Positions 1 to 9,286 of a stretch of DNA of 64,000 nucleotides are shown here, one piece after another. The notes under the pieces were generated by a model. That model did not search any database and was not told the DNA's origin. It worked only from the letters and a program-made list of their open reading frames with translations. Numbering within the stretch: the first letter of the stretch is position 1; every line of letters begins with the position of its first letter. The stretch is from Myxococcales bacterium (lineage in GTDB: Bacteria; Myxococcota_A; UBA9042; UBA3505). The DNA is taken from contig PBVT01000123.1 in assembly GCA_002728755.1 (NCBI GenBank), positions 538-64,537 of the forward strand. Reading direction: 5' to 3'. A program made the position numbers and the translations under genes.

Positions 1-1538
1 GCATCGAGCACCCCACCGAGCACCGCTTCTCGAATCAACCAGAACGGAGCCAATGGATTCAATCGACCGAACATCCGCACATGCAGATGCTCGATCACCA
101 ATTTCGGATCGAGCGCCTTGATGTCATTGAAGCTGAGTTGCTCTGTTCGTAGAGCAAGAGACACATGCACAAGACGCGGTAGAACATCGAGGAAACGAGG
201 ATCGCCTCCCACGAGCGCCAGAACTCCAGCGTCGGCTATGGCTTCTTCTACAGACGCCCCTCCGGTCCGGACTCGATCCAGAAAACCGGACTCCGACAAT
301 GCCCGGTGCACGGCCTGGGCGGCGGTACCCCCCTCGGACCGTGATGCATAGATGGATGCCACCGCGAGTTTGAATAGAAGGGTGTCCGGGTCTTCATCAA
401 AGGAGATCCCAAAGTCGGCCGCCCTATGGGGATGCCGAAAGACGTAACCCTTCCACCAATCGCATACCCGGTCCGCGTTGGCTGTCTTCTGTTCCTCCGT
501 TAAGGGCTGAAGTAAGACCGTCCCCCCGGCAACGAAAACCGGGGCGATCTCCGTCGGCAGAACACGGGCCGGGGGCGGGGTTCCCGGCGTTACGGTTCCG
601 TGACGGATCGGAGTTCCCAGATCGGCCACCGACCGCAGATGATTCTTCGACGTCGCCACCGCAGCCACGCCCTGTGGCGGTAGGGCGACCACCTCTCCTG
701 TCTCCTCCTCGAACTGCTCTTCAGCGGCTCGTATTGCCGCTTCTGACGGGATCGGAGCTTCTGGTGGAAGGTCAGGCATCTCTTCCACATATTCCTCTTC
801 AGCCACAGTCCCCACAGGTTCTGGCATCGTCTCTACGGGTGCGGGAGCCGACGGTTCGGCCACCTCCATCGAATCCCATTGGGAGGGAATACCATCGGCC
901 TCGTCTTCCAGAATCTCATCGATGTCCATCTGCCGTATCTCTTCGAGCTTGGCCAGCCCCACATCACCATAGCCCCAGCGAATCCCCACCATACGAATTA
1001 CAGAGATAGACTCCATCCAGGCGATCCAATCCCGAAAAGCAGGCAGAGTGATATGCTCCCCCGGATACACATAAGACGTCACGATTCGATACAGCTCATT
1101 TGTAGACTGGATACGCCCGTCCATATCCACATCAAGGGCCGTAAATACGGTCTTAATGAGCAGCGGGTTGCGATCGAGAAAGAAGGAAAACAGCAGTTCA
1201 TTTTGACTCTCGCGATCATCAAGCTCATGGAATCGCGCCATCAGCTTGCCACCGGTGAGAGCCTTTTTATCTGCGAGGGAGACCCCCAGGAATTGGAGCG
1301 TAGAGGGGGTTCGCTCTTTTTCCCAGACGTTTCGCGTTCGTAATTGATCCCGCAACTCACGAAAGGTCGGATTCGACGTAGCAAAGGCTCTGGCCACAAC
1401 ACCCACCAACTCCAGCACCTGTGCAGAAGGAATGTTGGGAAATGTCGGAAATTGCGTAACCTGGGCCATAGGATGCCCCTCCAGACCTGGCATGATCCCC
1501 AAGACGGTCGCCACTACAATCCGCTCAGGGAACGCCAT
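1..1538 (-). CDS. Hypothetical protein, at least 512 aa; the 3' end lies beyond the window start. It is not in the supplied ORF track.
   Basis: Manual translation of the reverse complement gives one uninterrupted frame from the ATG at 1538 down to position 1 (MAFPERIVVATVLGIMPGLEGHP...KLVIEHLHVRMFGRLNPLAPFWLIREAVLGGVLD). An in-frame stop lies just upstream at 1584-1586. The composition is protein-like with an acidic Glu/Pro-rich linker in the middle. The plus-strand ORFs listed here look non-proteinaceous. Confidence 0.6.
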   Translation of the reverse strand, partial: MAFPERIVVATVLGIMPGLEGHPMAQVTQFPTFPNIPSAQVLELVGVVARAFATSNPTFRELRDQLRTRNVWEKERTPSTLQFLGVSLADKKALTGGKLMARFHELDDRESQNELLFSFFLDRNPLLIKTVFTALDVDMDGRIQSTNELYRIVTSYVYPGEHITLPAFRDWIAWMESISVIRMVGIRWGYGDVGLAKLEEIRQMDIDEILEDEADGIPSQWDSMEVAEPSAPAPVETMPEPVGTVAEEEYVEEMPDLPPEAPIPSEAAIRAAEEQFEEETGEVVALPPQGVAAVATSKNHLRSVADLGTPIRHGTVTPGTPPPARVLPTEIAPVFVAGGTVLLQPLTEEQKTANADRVCDWWKGYVFRHPHRAADFGISFDEDPDTLLFKLAVASIYASRSEGGTAAQAVHRALSESGFLDRVRTGGASVEEAIADAGVLALVGGDPRFLDVLPRLVHVSLALRTEQLSFNDIKALDPKLVIEHLHVRMFGRLNPLAPFWLIREAVLGGVLD

Positions 1539-1660
1539 TACCCGACGACGGAAGCCACCAGAATATGCCGACGTCGTAGACCTCTAAATTACCAGTCATA
1601 GGCCTGCGCTGCAATCGCCCCGCAAATCGACCATTCAAGACACCTTGGAAAGCGCTCTCT

Positions 1661-2137
1661 TTAACGCTTTTTTCGTCGCTCCAGTCGGCGTGCACGACGT
1701 TCTTCGGCGGGTGTCGCCCCTTCTTTGTCCTTTCGGCTCAAGGGCTCCACTTTTGTAGGTCTATGATCGGGACCCATCGCAACAAAGGTGAAGTAGGCTT
1801 CCGTGGTTCGTTCCACCGGAAGGTTCCGATCGATAGGAACACGGTTCACCTCGACTCGAACCTCCATGGATGTCCGTCCCACGGCCGTTACACAGGCTTC
1901 CAGGGAGACGGTGTCTCCGACCTTCAATGGTCGAAGAAAGTGTAGATCATCCACGGAGGCTGTGACCGCCTCTGTTCCTGCATATCGTTGGGCCGCTATG
2001 GCCGCACATATATCCATCCAACCCATCACGACACCGCCGAACACGGTTCCCATCGCGTTCGCATGTGAGGGTAGAACGATATGTGCCGTACGAATCACTG
2101 GACCATCCAGTGCGACATCCCCTTGTGTCATGATCAC
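1661..2137 (-). CDS. Acyl-CoA thioesterase with a hotdog fold, YciA-like
   Basis: A 158-aa protein whose core (HIVLPSHANAMGTVFGGVVMGWMDICAAIAA...VTASVDDLHFLRPLKVGDTV...) is typical of hotdog acyl-CoA thioesterases. It has a basic C-terminal tail. Confidence 0.8.
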   Translation of the reverse strand: MIMTQGDVALDGPVIRTAHIVLPSHANAMGTVFGGVVMGWMDICAAIAAQRYAGTEAVTASVDDLHFLRPLKVGDTVSLEACVTAVGRTSMEVRVEVNRVPIDRNLPVERTTEAYFTFVAMGPDHRPTKVEPLSRKDKEGATPAEERRARRLERRKKR

Positions 2138-2169
2138 GACTCCCGAACAGAAAGATTTCCAGCTTCAGA

Positions 2170-2787
2170 TCACCCCTTCTGGGTGACCATCTGCCTGCTT
2201 TGAATCACTTCCACATAGGAGGCATGTTTGACAAGCTCGCTAAGCATAAGTGAGTAGGTCTCCACCAGCTCACCACGATTTCGAACCCGCGCGTTCTCTA
2301 TGGCACCGGACATGATCCGAACCGCTCGTTCCGCGTTGATGAAGTGGCTGACGGCTCGAAGAACGACCCGAATAGAAGACCCGGTCATACTTCGCGATTT
2401 ATCCTCAAACTCAAATCGACGGCCCTTGTCGTTCCGAATCACCAGACGAACGGTCCCCATCACATCCGATCCCATGGACACGCGTCCCGTGGTCATATCC
2501 GCTAATACCCGGAAATCATCGACCACAAGATGCCGCAAGGATGGATAGGTCTTAGCAAACGCACTCTTGGCCGCATTGAACGTTGCGTCGACAACGCCGA
2601 CACCTGTTCCTTGTATCGACATCGGCGCTTCACCACCGGTCGGATTCAAGTCGATCTCCACACGGCAACGGTTTTCCTCGGGCTGCTCTTCAAGACGCAT
2701 ATGCTGCACCTGCAGGTCCGTGATGTCACCCGACAGGACCTCATGTACGAGTCGCTTTAGAGAATTGAGATCATGTTCCGTGCTCAT
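2170..2787 (-). CDS. Hypothetical protein, 205 aa
   Basis: A long ORF with balanced composition and no motif I recognise. It sits 33 nt from the thioesterase gene on the same strand. Confidence 0.55.
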   Translation of the reverse strand: MSTEHDLNSLKRLVHEVLSGDITDLQVQHMRLEEQPEENRCRVEIDLNPTGGEAPMSIQGTGVGVVDATFNAAKSAFAKTYPSLRHLVVDDFRVLADMTTGRVSMGSDVMGTVRLVIRNDKGRRFEFEDKSRSMTGSSIRVVLRAVSHFINAERAVRIMSGAIENARVRNRGELVETYSLMLSELVKHASYVEVIQSRQMVTQKG

Positions 2788-2841
2788 CGACTACCTCGCC
2801 CTTGGACCGGTGGAAAATCTGATGTGGACGGACCCCCGATA

Positions 2842-3130
2842 CTAAATAGGGTAACGATCTTTTTGTTCGAACACGAACGTCTTCTTGATAAAGGCACACC
2901 TGCGCTGGATTGGCTCAACCCATAGCGCAACGGCTTCATCAGGCAATCGTCCGGATGGGGGGGATTCAGCGGAGAATACGTGGTCATAAACAAGTGCTTC
3001 ACCAGAATCTCTAGGTCGTCCAATACAACAAATCGGAACAATAATTCCTTCCTGTACCGAAGAATTTTTGAGACATGTGTACGCGGTCATTCCTTCGTTT
3101 TGCTTGCCCTCCATGGAGACGTCTTGCATG
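2842..3130 (-). CDS. Possible small ORF of about 95 aa in the 380-bp gap upstream of map. Start undefined and call very uncertain.
   Basis: The only long frame in the 2788-3168 gap (MQDVSMEGKQNEGMTAY...FIKKTFVFEQKDRYPI). The same frame continues as an antisense shadow through map, so it may be a GC-rich artefact. Confidence 0.2.
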
Positions 3131-3168
3131 GGGTATTCCCGCGGTGCTAAGACGCCCTTCTGCATTGA

Positions 3169-3981
3169 GTGCCACAGATGATCTACCAAAAGACCAAAAA
3201 CGATATCGATCACATCCGAAAGGCGGGGCGAATTCTGGCGCGAGCCTTGAATCGAACCCTGCAGGAAGTGAAGCCCGGCATAACAACACGACAGCTGGAC
3301 TTTATCGCCGAAGAGTGGATTCGCGGTGAAGGGGGCCTCCCCACATTCAAAGGTATCTATGGAGATCCAAGCCGTGGCATTCCACCCTTTCCGGGCACCC
3401 TGTGTATCTCCGTAAACGAAGAGGTTGTCCACGGTATCCCTGGAATTCGAGTTCTCCAGGAAGGTGACATTATCTCTCTGGATTGCGGCGTAACGATCAA
3501 GGCCAATGGACGCCAGTATGTCGCGGACTCCGCGGTTACCGTTGGGGTGGGTACCATCTCCGACGAGGACACATATCTACTCGAGCTCACCGATACGTCC
3601 CTCGCGAAGGGGATCGAACAGACACGTATAGGAAACCGCCTCTACGATATCGGTGCCGCTATCGAAGCCCATATCAAACCATCCGGCTACGGTATTGTTC
3701 GCGAATATTTCGGCCATGGAGTGGGCTATCAACTCCACGAGGATCCGATGGTGCCAAATTTTGGCCGGGCCGGAACCGGTCCACGCCTGAAAAATGGCTG
3801 GGTGCTCGCCCTGGAACCGATGGTGAATCTGGGGGACGATGCCGTCCATACCCTTGACGACGCATGGACTGTCGTCACATCCGATGGGGCCCGGTCGGCA
3901 CATTTTGAGCATACGGTTGCGATCACGGAGGACGGCCCAGAGATCCTCACGCGACGTGATCTCCCCGAGGTACAGGTTTGA
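3169..3981 (+). CDS. map: Methionine aminopeptidase, type I
   Basis: A 270-aa protein with the MetAP-I metal-ligand context (DCG...D...HGVGY.HE...LEPM...FEHTV). Its N-terminus (KTKNDIDHIRKAGRILA) is typical of MetAP. Confidence 0.93.
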   Translation: MPQMIYQKTKNDIDHIRKAGRILARALNRTLQEVKPGITTRQLDFIAEEWIRGEGGLPTFKGIYGDPSRGIPPFPGTLCISVNEEVVHGIPGIRVLQEGDIISLDCGVTIKANGRQYVADSAVTVGVGTISDEDTYLLELTDTSLAKGIEQTRIGNRLYDIGAAIEAHIKPSGYGIVREYFGHGVGYQLHEDPMVPNFGRAGTGPRLKNGWVLALEPMVNLGDDAVHTLDDAWTVVTSDGARSAHFEHTVAITEDGPEILTRRDLPEVQV

Positions 3982-5108
3982 GCCAAGAGACCATGGTGAC
4001 TTCGTCCAAAAGCCAAGACGGTGTACCCAATGGGCCGATAAGCCGACAACAACGCGCACAGAGCCTGGGCGTCTCCCTGGACGCGGTCGAGCTATGTGAC
4101 GAATCCGATCTGATCGATCTACATCTGGACACCTTCATCCCCGTTCGCCTGTATGGCTACGATCCGAACAGTCGCCATCGCAGCCGCTTCCTCGGCGGGC
4201 GGTTTATGGGTCATCTTGATCTACCACGGGCCGTCGACGGCGGCCTCTCTGGCGCCATGTGGTCTATCACCACCAACCCATTTCCAACGGCCGAATCACG
4301 CTGGGCCATCTTCAAGGACAACCTTGATCATTTCCAGCGCTTCGTAGCGAATTCCAATGGGGGCATCACCTTCGTTCGAAACGTCGCCGAATATCGAGCA
4401 GCCCAGAGCAACGGTAGCCACGGATGCTTTCTCTCCATACAGGGGGGCAACTCCCTGGAGGCCGCACCGAATGGTCCCCTGTCCGTCCCCGACGACCTGC
4501 TCCTTCGAGTTACCCTGGTTCACCTGACCCCTTCGGCCTTTGGAGGTACATCCTGTCCCATCGAGAAGGCGCGGCGTTCCCATGGGCTGACTCCGGCAGG
4601 TGCCCGATTTGTGGAGCAACTCAATGAAGGGAAGGTCTTTGTCGATCTGGCCCATATCCATGAAGACGCCTTCTGGGACGCCGTCGACGTACACGACTCT
4701 TCCCAACCTCTTCTGGTAACCCACACCGGCGTGGATGGCGTATCTCCGTCCTGGCGCAACCTAAACGATCGGCAGATCAAGGCCGTCGCAGAGACCAACG
4801 GGACCATCGGTATTATTTTTCACCAGGGCTTTTTAAAACGACCCAAAGGTCCCACCGGCGTGGAGATGGTCGTAGAGCACATCCAACATGTCATCGACGT
4901 GGTTGGCGATGACTTCGTCTCCATCGGAAGCGACTACGACGGTATGATTACCCCGCCGCGAGGCTTACGTAGTGCCGAACAATATCCATGTCTGGTACAA
5001 GCGATGCTGGACCGACACTGGACGCCAGAGCGCATCCAGAAGATCCTCGGGACCAATTTCCTTCGAACCCTTGCGCAACTGCGGCCGACCGACACCTCGA
5101 ACCCCTGA
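3978..5108 (+). CDS. Membrane dipeptidase, peptidase M19 (renal dipeptidase family)
   Basis: Carries DLHLDTF near the N-terminus plus LVHLT, FVDLAHI, THTG and GSDYDG blocks typical of M19 dipeptidases. The ORF track starts it at the TTG at 3978, overlapping the map stop; the ATG at 3993 is an alternative start. Confidence 0.85.
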   Translation: MSQETMVTSSKSQDGVPNGPISRQQRAQSLGVSLDAVELCDESDLIDLHLDTFIPVRLYGYDPNSRHRSRFLGGRFMGHLDLPRAVDGGLSGAMWSITTNPFPTAESRWAIFKDNLDHFQRFVANSNGGITFVRNVAEYRAAQSNGSHGCFLSIQGGNSLEAAPNGPLSVPDDLLLRVTLVHLTPSAFGGTSCPIEKARRSHGLTPAGARFVEQLNEGKVFVDLAHIHEDAFWDAVDVHDSSQPLLVTHTGVDGVSPSWRNLNDRQIKAVAETNGTIGIIFHQGFLKRPKGPTGVEMVVEHIQHVIDVVGDDFVSIGSDYDGMITPPRGLRSAEQYPCLVQAMLDRHWTPERIQKILGTNFLRTLAQLRPTDTSNP

Positions 5109-7900
5109 TGAAGTTCTCTAAGAAAACCATTATCGCAGCGGCTACATTGCTGATCGGTATCGCATTGGTGCTGGTATATCTGCTGGTCTTGTCGATGGCG
5201 CAGTCCCGTGTTCGAGATCGACTGGTTTCTGTAGGATTCAAAAAGTCGATGGACGTTTCCGTCTCGTTAACGTCGGGCGTCACGGTTCGAAATCTGGAAC
5301 GGAGCCACCCTATGAGCGTCGGCGGCTTCGATGTGCAAGTGGATGTGGCGCAGGTAAAAGTCCCCCTCAATCTCTTCAAGGTGGTGCTGGGGAAAAACCC
5401 GGTGAAGGGTGAATTCCGGGTCCACGGAGGTCAGCTTCGAATTGCATCGGCGACCAAAGAAGAGACCTTTGAAGAGGCCCCCGCACAAAGTGGTGGACGT
5501 TTGCGCAGAGCTCTACGGCGGTTCTGTAATAAGACCTGCCGAATCAAGATGAGCGATATGGCGCTGATTTTCGATACGGCCGACGCCAATTGGGGGCGCC
5601 CGAATGCTCTCGGTGGTGTCGCAACAATTGACGCCGATGGTCTCTTTACAGCGGCCCTCTCCGACGCCTCCGGGCTTTCCATTGAGGCGAACGGGAACCT
5701 CTTTCAGCTGGGATCAACCCTCGTCGCACGCGTAGAGCAACCACCACCTCTGGAGATGCGTGGTGAATTCGCGTATCGACTGGAGAATCAACTTGCCGGC
5801 CAACTGGGGCCCAGTCTTGGCAGCGTCGTCACCAACCTCCAAAGTACATCAGAAGGTCCCGAATCGGTCGCAGCTGTCCCGATACAGAGCATCTCGTCCA
5901 AAACCGAGATCGGTTCGGTGGAGATCGACGCCGATCGTCGAATCCACATTCGTAAAGCCTCCTACCACCGCAGCCTGTCCGACTCGATGGAAGTCCGGGT
6001 CTCGGTGAACGATCTGGTTGTCAGCCGTGGTGGCCGCCCCGGGTGTGAAAACCTGCCCCTCTGCATACATCTACTCAATGGTGTCAGTCTCTCCGCTGGA
6101 GATCAGAAGCGAAGCCTGACGGCCAAGGCCGAAGCGGCCAAACCCTGCGGTGATGGTTGCCTTGCGGTCCTGAACGCGCGCCTTGTCTCCGAAGGCCTGG
6201 ACTTCCCCTTCGTCGCCAATATCGAACGGGTACGTACCCTATGGGACCCAGATACTCGGCTATTGGGCGAAATACGTGCCGATAACGGCACCATCGCGGG
6301 CCTCCCCATACCACGGCTCAAGGCCCCTCCTCGGGACCCGACAACGGACGAGCAGAAAAAAGACCAGAAGGAGCAGTTAAAGCGTGAAGATCGGTTCGCT
6401 CGTTACGCCCGTGCCCAGACCCTACGACTGGACAACCGCTACCAGGACTTCTTCGATAAAACATGGGGGCCAGGCCTACTGAAGCTAAGCGACGATGGGT
6501 ACCAGATCCCCGGTTTCCATTTATCCGACATCGAGTTCTCGACGATGCCCGACGCGGAAGTTCAGGCTCGCGGCATCATTCGTTCCTTTGGCTTCCGCCA
6601 ATCCGGCGCGGGTCGACTTACCATCGATGGCCGTATTGATCTCTCCGAGGCGCGAATCCAACAACGTGTACTCGTTCCCGCCAGTGAAGACACAGAAGCC
6701 GAAGTTCGATTCAACACCACCGATATCTCCATGAGCGTCGCGGGGTCTGGCGTCTTGAATTACGATGGAAGCTTCACCTCTTCGTTCAGCGGACGTCTGC
6801 CGAAGATCGAGATCGACCATCCGATGATCGCCCCCAAACCGGTGGAATTCAGTCCCCTTGATTTCGCCGGCACCTTCACGCGGGTAGTCCGGCCTGGGCG
6901 GTCCAGTTGGTTCGCACCCAATCTGGAAGTCAAAGCGAAACGAGGCGGGGTTATGCGTCTCCATTCCGCGTTGGAGATCAATCGCAGCAATCCCAAGAGA
7001 AGTGGCATGAGCCTACGCCTGGAAATTCCGAAGCAGGATTGCTGGGTTCTCTTTAAGAGCATCCCCACCGCGATGATGCCTGGTCTGGAACAGGCCGACT
7101 TCCGTGGCAAGGCCGAACTTACCATCGACTCCAGCATGCGGTTCCACCGAACCTATAATATGGAGCTGGAGGTAGAGGCCGATTTCGACTCCTGCCGAAT
7201 CTTGAGCCTGGGTCGAAAGTTCGACATCAACGCTATGACCTCGAACACGGTTGTATACCGCATCAAAGATCCGACTCTAGACGACCCGGTTCTGGTGGGT
7301 CCGGGTACCCGTGATTGGACGGAATTTCCAGAAATCCCGACACATGTCTGGGGCGCGGCTCTCGCCACAGAAGATCTGGCGTTCTGGAGCCACTACGGCT
7401 TTATGCCCTCGCTGATCAAACGAGGCATTATTCTGAATCTGGACCGTGGACGGTATGTCTACGGCGGAAGCACCATCACCCAGCAGTTGGTGAAGAACCT
7501 CTTTCTTTACCGCCAGAAGACACTCGCCAGAAAATTGGTAGAAGGCATTCTGGTATGGGCGGTCGAACGCCAGGTCCCCAAACGACGGATCCTGGAGCTC
7601 TACCTAAACTGCATCGAATTCGGCCCCGAAATCTATGGCATCAAGAAAGCGGCGGCGGTGTACTTTGGACAGCTTCCGGCCGATCTGAATCCAGTCGAAG
7701 CAACCTATATTATGAACCTGAAGCCGGATCCTCCCTACGGGTATCGAAACTGGCGACGACGTCGTACAACACAGCAGTTCATACGCCGACTGGAACAGGT
7801 GAAGACGCGCCTTTTGGACCGCGAATGGGTGACGCCAGAAGATGCCGAAATTATGGTCCCGGAGATCCTATGGGACCGAGCCGCCCCGGTACGACGTTGA
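5108..7900 (+). CDS. Fusion protein of about 930 aa. It has an N-terminal TM anchor, a ~740-aa beta-rich periplasmic region with AsmA/TamB-like character, and a C-terminal GT51 peptidoglycan transglycosylase domain.
   Basis: The ATG at 5108 overlaps the dipeptidase stop (ctgATGa). The N-terminus MKFSKKTIIAAATLLIGIALVLVYLLVL is a signal anchor. The C-terminus carries the full set of GT51 motifs: ATEDLAFWSHYGF (EDxxFxxHxG), GGSTITQQLVKNLF (GxSTxTQQ), RKLVEGILVWAVE (RKxxE) and KRRILELYLNCIEFGPEIYG. The 4988-5107 upstream part of track ORF 4988..7900 is treated as a chance in-frame extension. Confidence 0.8.
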   Translation: MKFSKKTIIAAATLLIGIALVLVYLLVLSMAQSRVRDRLVSVGFKKSMDVSVSLTSGVTVRNLERSHPMSVGGFDVQVDVAQVKVPLNLFKVVLGKNPVKGEFRVHGGQLRIASATKEETFEEAPAQSGGRLRRALRRFCNKTCRIKMSDMALIFDTADANWGRPNALGGVATIDADGLFTAALSDASGLSIEANGNLFQLGSTLVARVEQPPPLEMRGEFAYRLENQLAGQLGPSLGSVVTNLQSTSEGPESVAAVPIQSISSKTEIGSVEIDADRRIHIRKASYHRSLSDSMEVRVSVNDLVVSRGGRPGCENLPLCIHLLNGVSLSAGDQKRSLTAKAEAAKPCGDGCLAVLNARLVSEGLDFPFVANIERVRTLWDPDTRLLGEIRADNGTIAGLPIPRLKAPPRDPTTDEQKKDQKEQLKREDRFARYARAQTLRLDNRYQDFFDKTWGPGLLKLSDDGYQIPGFHLSDIEFSTMPDAEVQARGIIRSFGFRQSGAGRLTIDGRIDLSEARIQQRVLVPASEDTEAEVRFNTTDISMSVAGSGVLNYDGSFTSSFSGRLPKIEIDHPMIAPKPVEFSPLDFAGTFTRVVRPGRSSWFAPNLEVKAKRGGVMRLHSALEINRSNPKRSGMSLRLEIPKQDCWVLFKSIPTAMMPGLEQADFRGKAELTIDSSMRFHRTYNMELEVEADFDSCRILSLGRKFDINAMTSNTVVYRIKDPTLDDPVLVGPGTRDWTEFPEIPTHVWGAALATEDLAFWSHYGFMPSLIKRGIILNLDRGRYVYGGSTITQQLVKNLFLYRQKTLARKLVEGILVWAVERQVPKRRILELYLNCIEFGPEIYGIKKAAAVYFGQLPADLNPVEATYIMNLKPDPPYGYRNWRRRRTTQQFIRRLEQVKTRLLDREWVTPEDAEIMVPEILWDRAAPVRR

Positions 7901-7927
7901 AGTGTTCGCGATTCCGTGGGAAGAAGA

Positions 7928-9055
7928 ATGTCTTGGACAGGACCCGAGACAATGACCACTCCAATCCGAATCTTAGTTCCAGGCGCCGGAGGACCCGGCA
8001 CGATCAATCTGTGTCGTTCTCTTCGACGAGCACCGGAACCCGTCCATCTCATCGGCACCGACTGTGATCGCGCCTTTGCGACTCTGGCACAGACCGATGA
8101 AATTCATCTGGTCCCTCCGGCCCGCGACGAGAACGCCTATCTGGAACGTATACAAGAGCTGGTACATAGCCGAAACGTGGACGTGATCCTCCCCAATAAC
8201 AGTATTGAGGTGCGCGCATTAGCCAAGAACCGCGACGATATCTCGGCGGCTATGCTCGTTCCACCGGTCGCGTTCCTGGATCTCGCTAATAGCAAGTGGG
8301 AGTCCTATCAGCGCTGGCGAGACCAGAATCTACCGGTCCCCCAGACGTGGTTATTGGAGCAACCGGACGATGTTCACCAGGCTTTCGAAGAGCTCAAGAC
8401 TCGTCCCGTATGGGTTCGAGGTGCCGGTATACCCGGCCGAGGTATTGGTGTCGCATCGCTTCCGTGTAAGAACTCGGAAGAAGCCCGTGTCTGGGTGGAC
8501 TACTGGAGTGGCTGGGGTGGGATGATCGCATCTGAGTTTCTGCCGGGAGCCAACCTGACCTGGATCGGACTCTTCCAAAACGGCGAACTCATCACCGGCC
8601 AGGGCCGAGAACGGGATCGCTATGTAATTCCTCATGTGTCTCCATCGGGGATCACCGGCGCTCCCGCCATCAGTCATACGGTACATCGCGAGGATATCGC
8701 TGAGCTCGGACTCAAAGCGGCGCGATGTCTCGATCCAAACGTACATGGGGTCGTCTTTGTTGACTTCAAATGCGACGAAAAGGATCAGCCGTACATCACA
8801 GAGCTGAACGCCTGTCGCTTTGGAACCACCCATTTCTTCTACACAGCGGCCGGCCTGAATCTTCCATGGCTTTCCGTCCTGCTCGCTCTGAACAGACCTC
8901 TTCCCGAGACGCCAAAAACGAATCCGCTACCCGACAATCTCTACTGGATACGAACTCTTGACGCCGGTCCTGTAATGATATCGGGTACCGACCTTGACGC
9001 TGGAAACCTCGATGCGGGAATACGCTTTAATGTAAATGGGACTCCGCTCCCCTAA
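7928..9055 (+). CDS. ATP-grasp domain protein, a ligase of unknown substrate
   Basis: N-terminus IRILVPGAGGPGTINLCRSL. The central region (WVRGAGIPGRGIGVAS..., ASEFLPG, ITELNACRFG) fits an ATP-grasp fold. The start is chosen from the GTG at 7916, the ATG at 7928 and the ATG at 7952. Confidence 0.7.
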   Translation: MSWTGPETMTTPIRILVPGAGGPGTINLCRSLRRAPEPVHLIGTDCDRAFATLAQTDEIHLVPPARDENAYLERIQELVHSRNVDVILPNNSIEVRALAKNRDDISAAMLVPPVAFLDLANSKWESYQRWRDQNLPVPQTWLLEQPDDVHQAFEELKTRPVWVRGAGIPGRGIGVASLPCKNSEEARVWVDYWSGWGGMIASEFLPGANLTWIGLFQNGELITGQGRERDRYVIPHVSPSGITGAPAISHTVHREDIAELGLKAARCLDPNVHGVVFVDFKCDEKDQPYITELNACRFGTTHFFYTAAGLNLPWLSVLLALNRPLPETPKTNPLPDNLYWIRTLDAGPVMISGTDLDAGNLDAGIRFNVNGTPLP

Positions 9056-9154
9056 CCGTTGGTTTCCATACAGAATTATCTGCGAGTTATTCCCCCCTTC
9101 TCCTAGCGTGAACCTTGACATCACAGACGAAGAAGAATATTAGAGCCACCGCCT

Positions 9155-9238
9155 GCGAGAATGGTGGAATTGGTAGACACGCAAGGCTAAGGACCTTGTG
9201 GCCGCAAGGCTGTGAGGGTTCGAGTCCCTCTTCTCGCA
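9155..9238 (+). tRNA. tRNA-Leu (type II, long variable arm) whose anticodon loop CUAAGGA reads as AAG (A34)
   Basis: Cloverleaf drawn by hand. Acceptor stem GCGAGAA pairs with TTCTCGC and the discriminator is A. D arm GTG-GAATTGGTAGA-CAC, anticodon stem CAAGG/CCTTG, variable arm of about 15 nt, T arm GAGGG-TTCGAGT-CCCTC. It aligns position-for-position with E. coli tRNA-Leu isoacceptors. No CCA is encoded. Confidence 0.85.
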
Positions 9239-9242
9239 CTGC

Positions 9243-9286
9243 AATACCGCGAGCAGTTCTTCTGCTCGCGGTATTGTTCGTTTTGG
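9243..9286 (+). terminator. Rho-independent terminator immediately after the tRNA-Leu
   Basis: A perfect 15-bp inverted repeat, CAATACCGCGAGCAG-ttctt-CTGCTCGCGGTATTG, followed by TTCGTTTTGG. Confidence 0.6.

Noticed and set aside
3169-3432. The minus-strand ORF 2842..3432 where it overlaps map
   Set aside because: It is antisense to a confidently identified map gene. This is a typical GC-rich shadow frame. Only the part within the intergenic gap was retained, as a low-confidence ORF.
4988-5107. The first 40 codons of track ORF 4988..7900 (MSGTSDAGPT...)
   Set aside because: This part lies inside the 3' end of the dipeptidase gene in another frame. The real start is the ATG at 5108, which overlaps the dipeptidase stop and is followed directly by a signal-anchor sequence.
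9115-9154. The 5' portion of track ORF 9115..9651
   Set aside because: It runs straight through the tRNA-Leu gene and its terminator, so it cannot be coding. Only the post-tRNA segment was kept, as a putative lipoprotein with an unresolved start.
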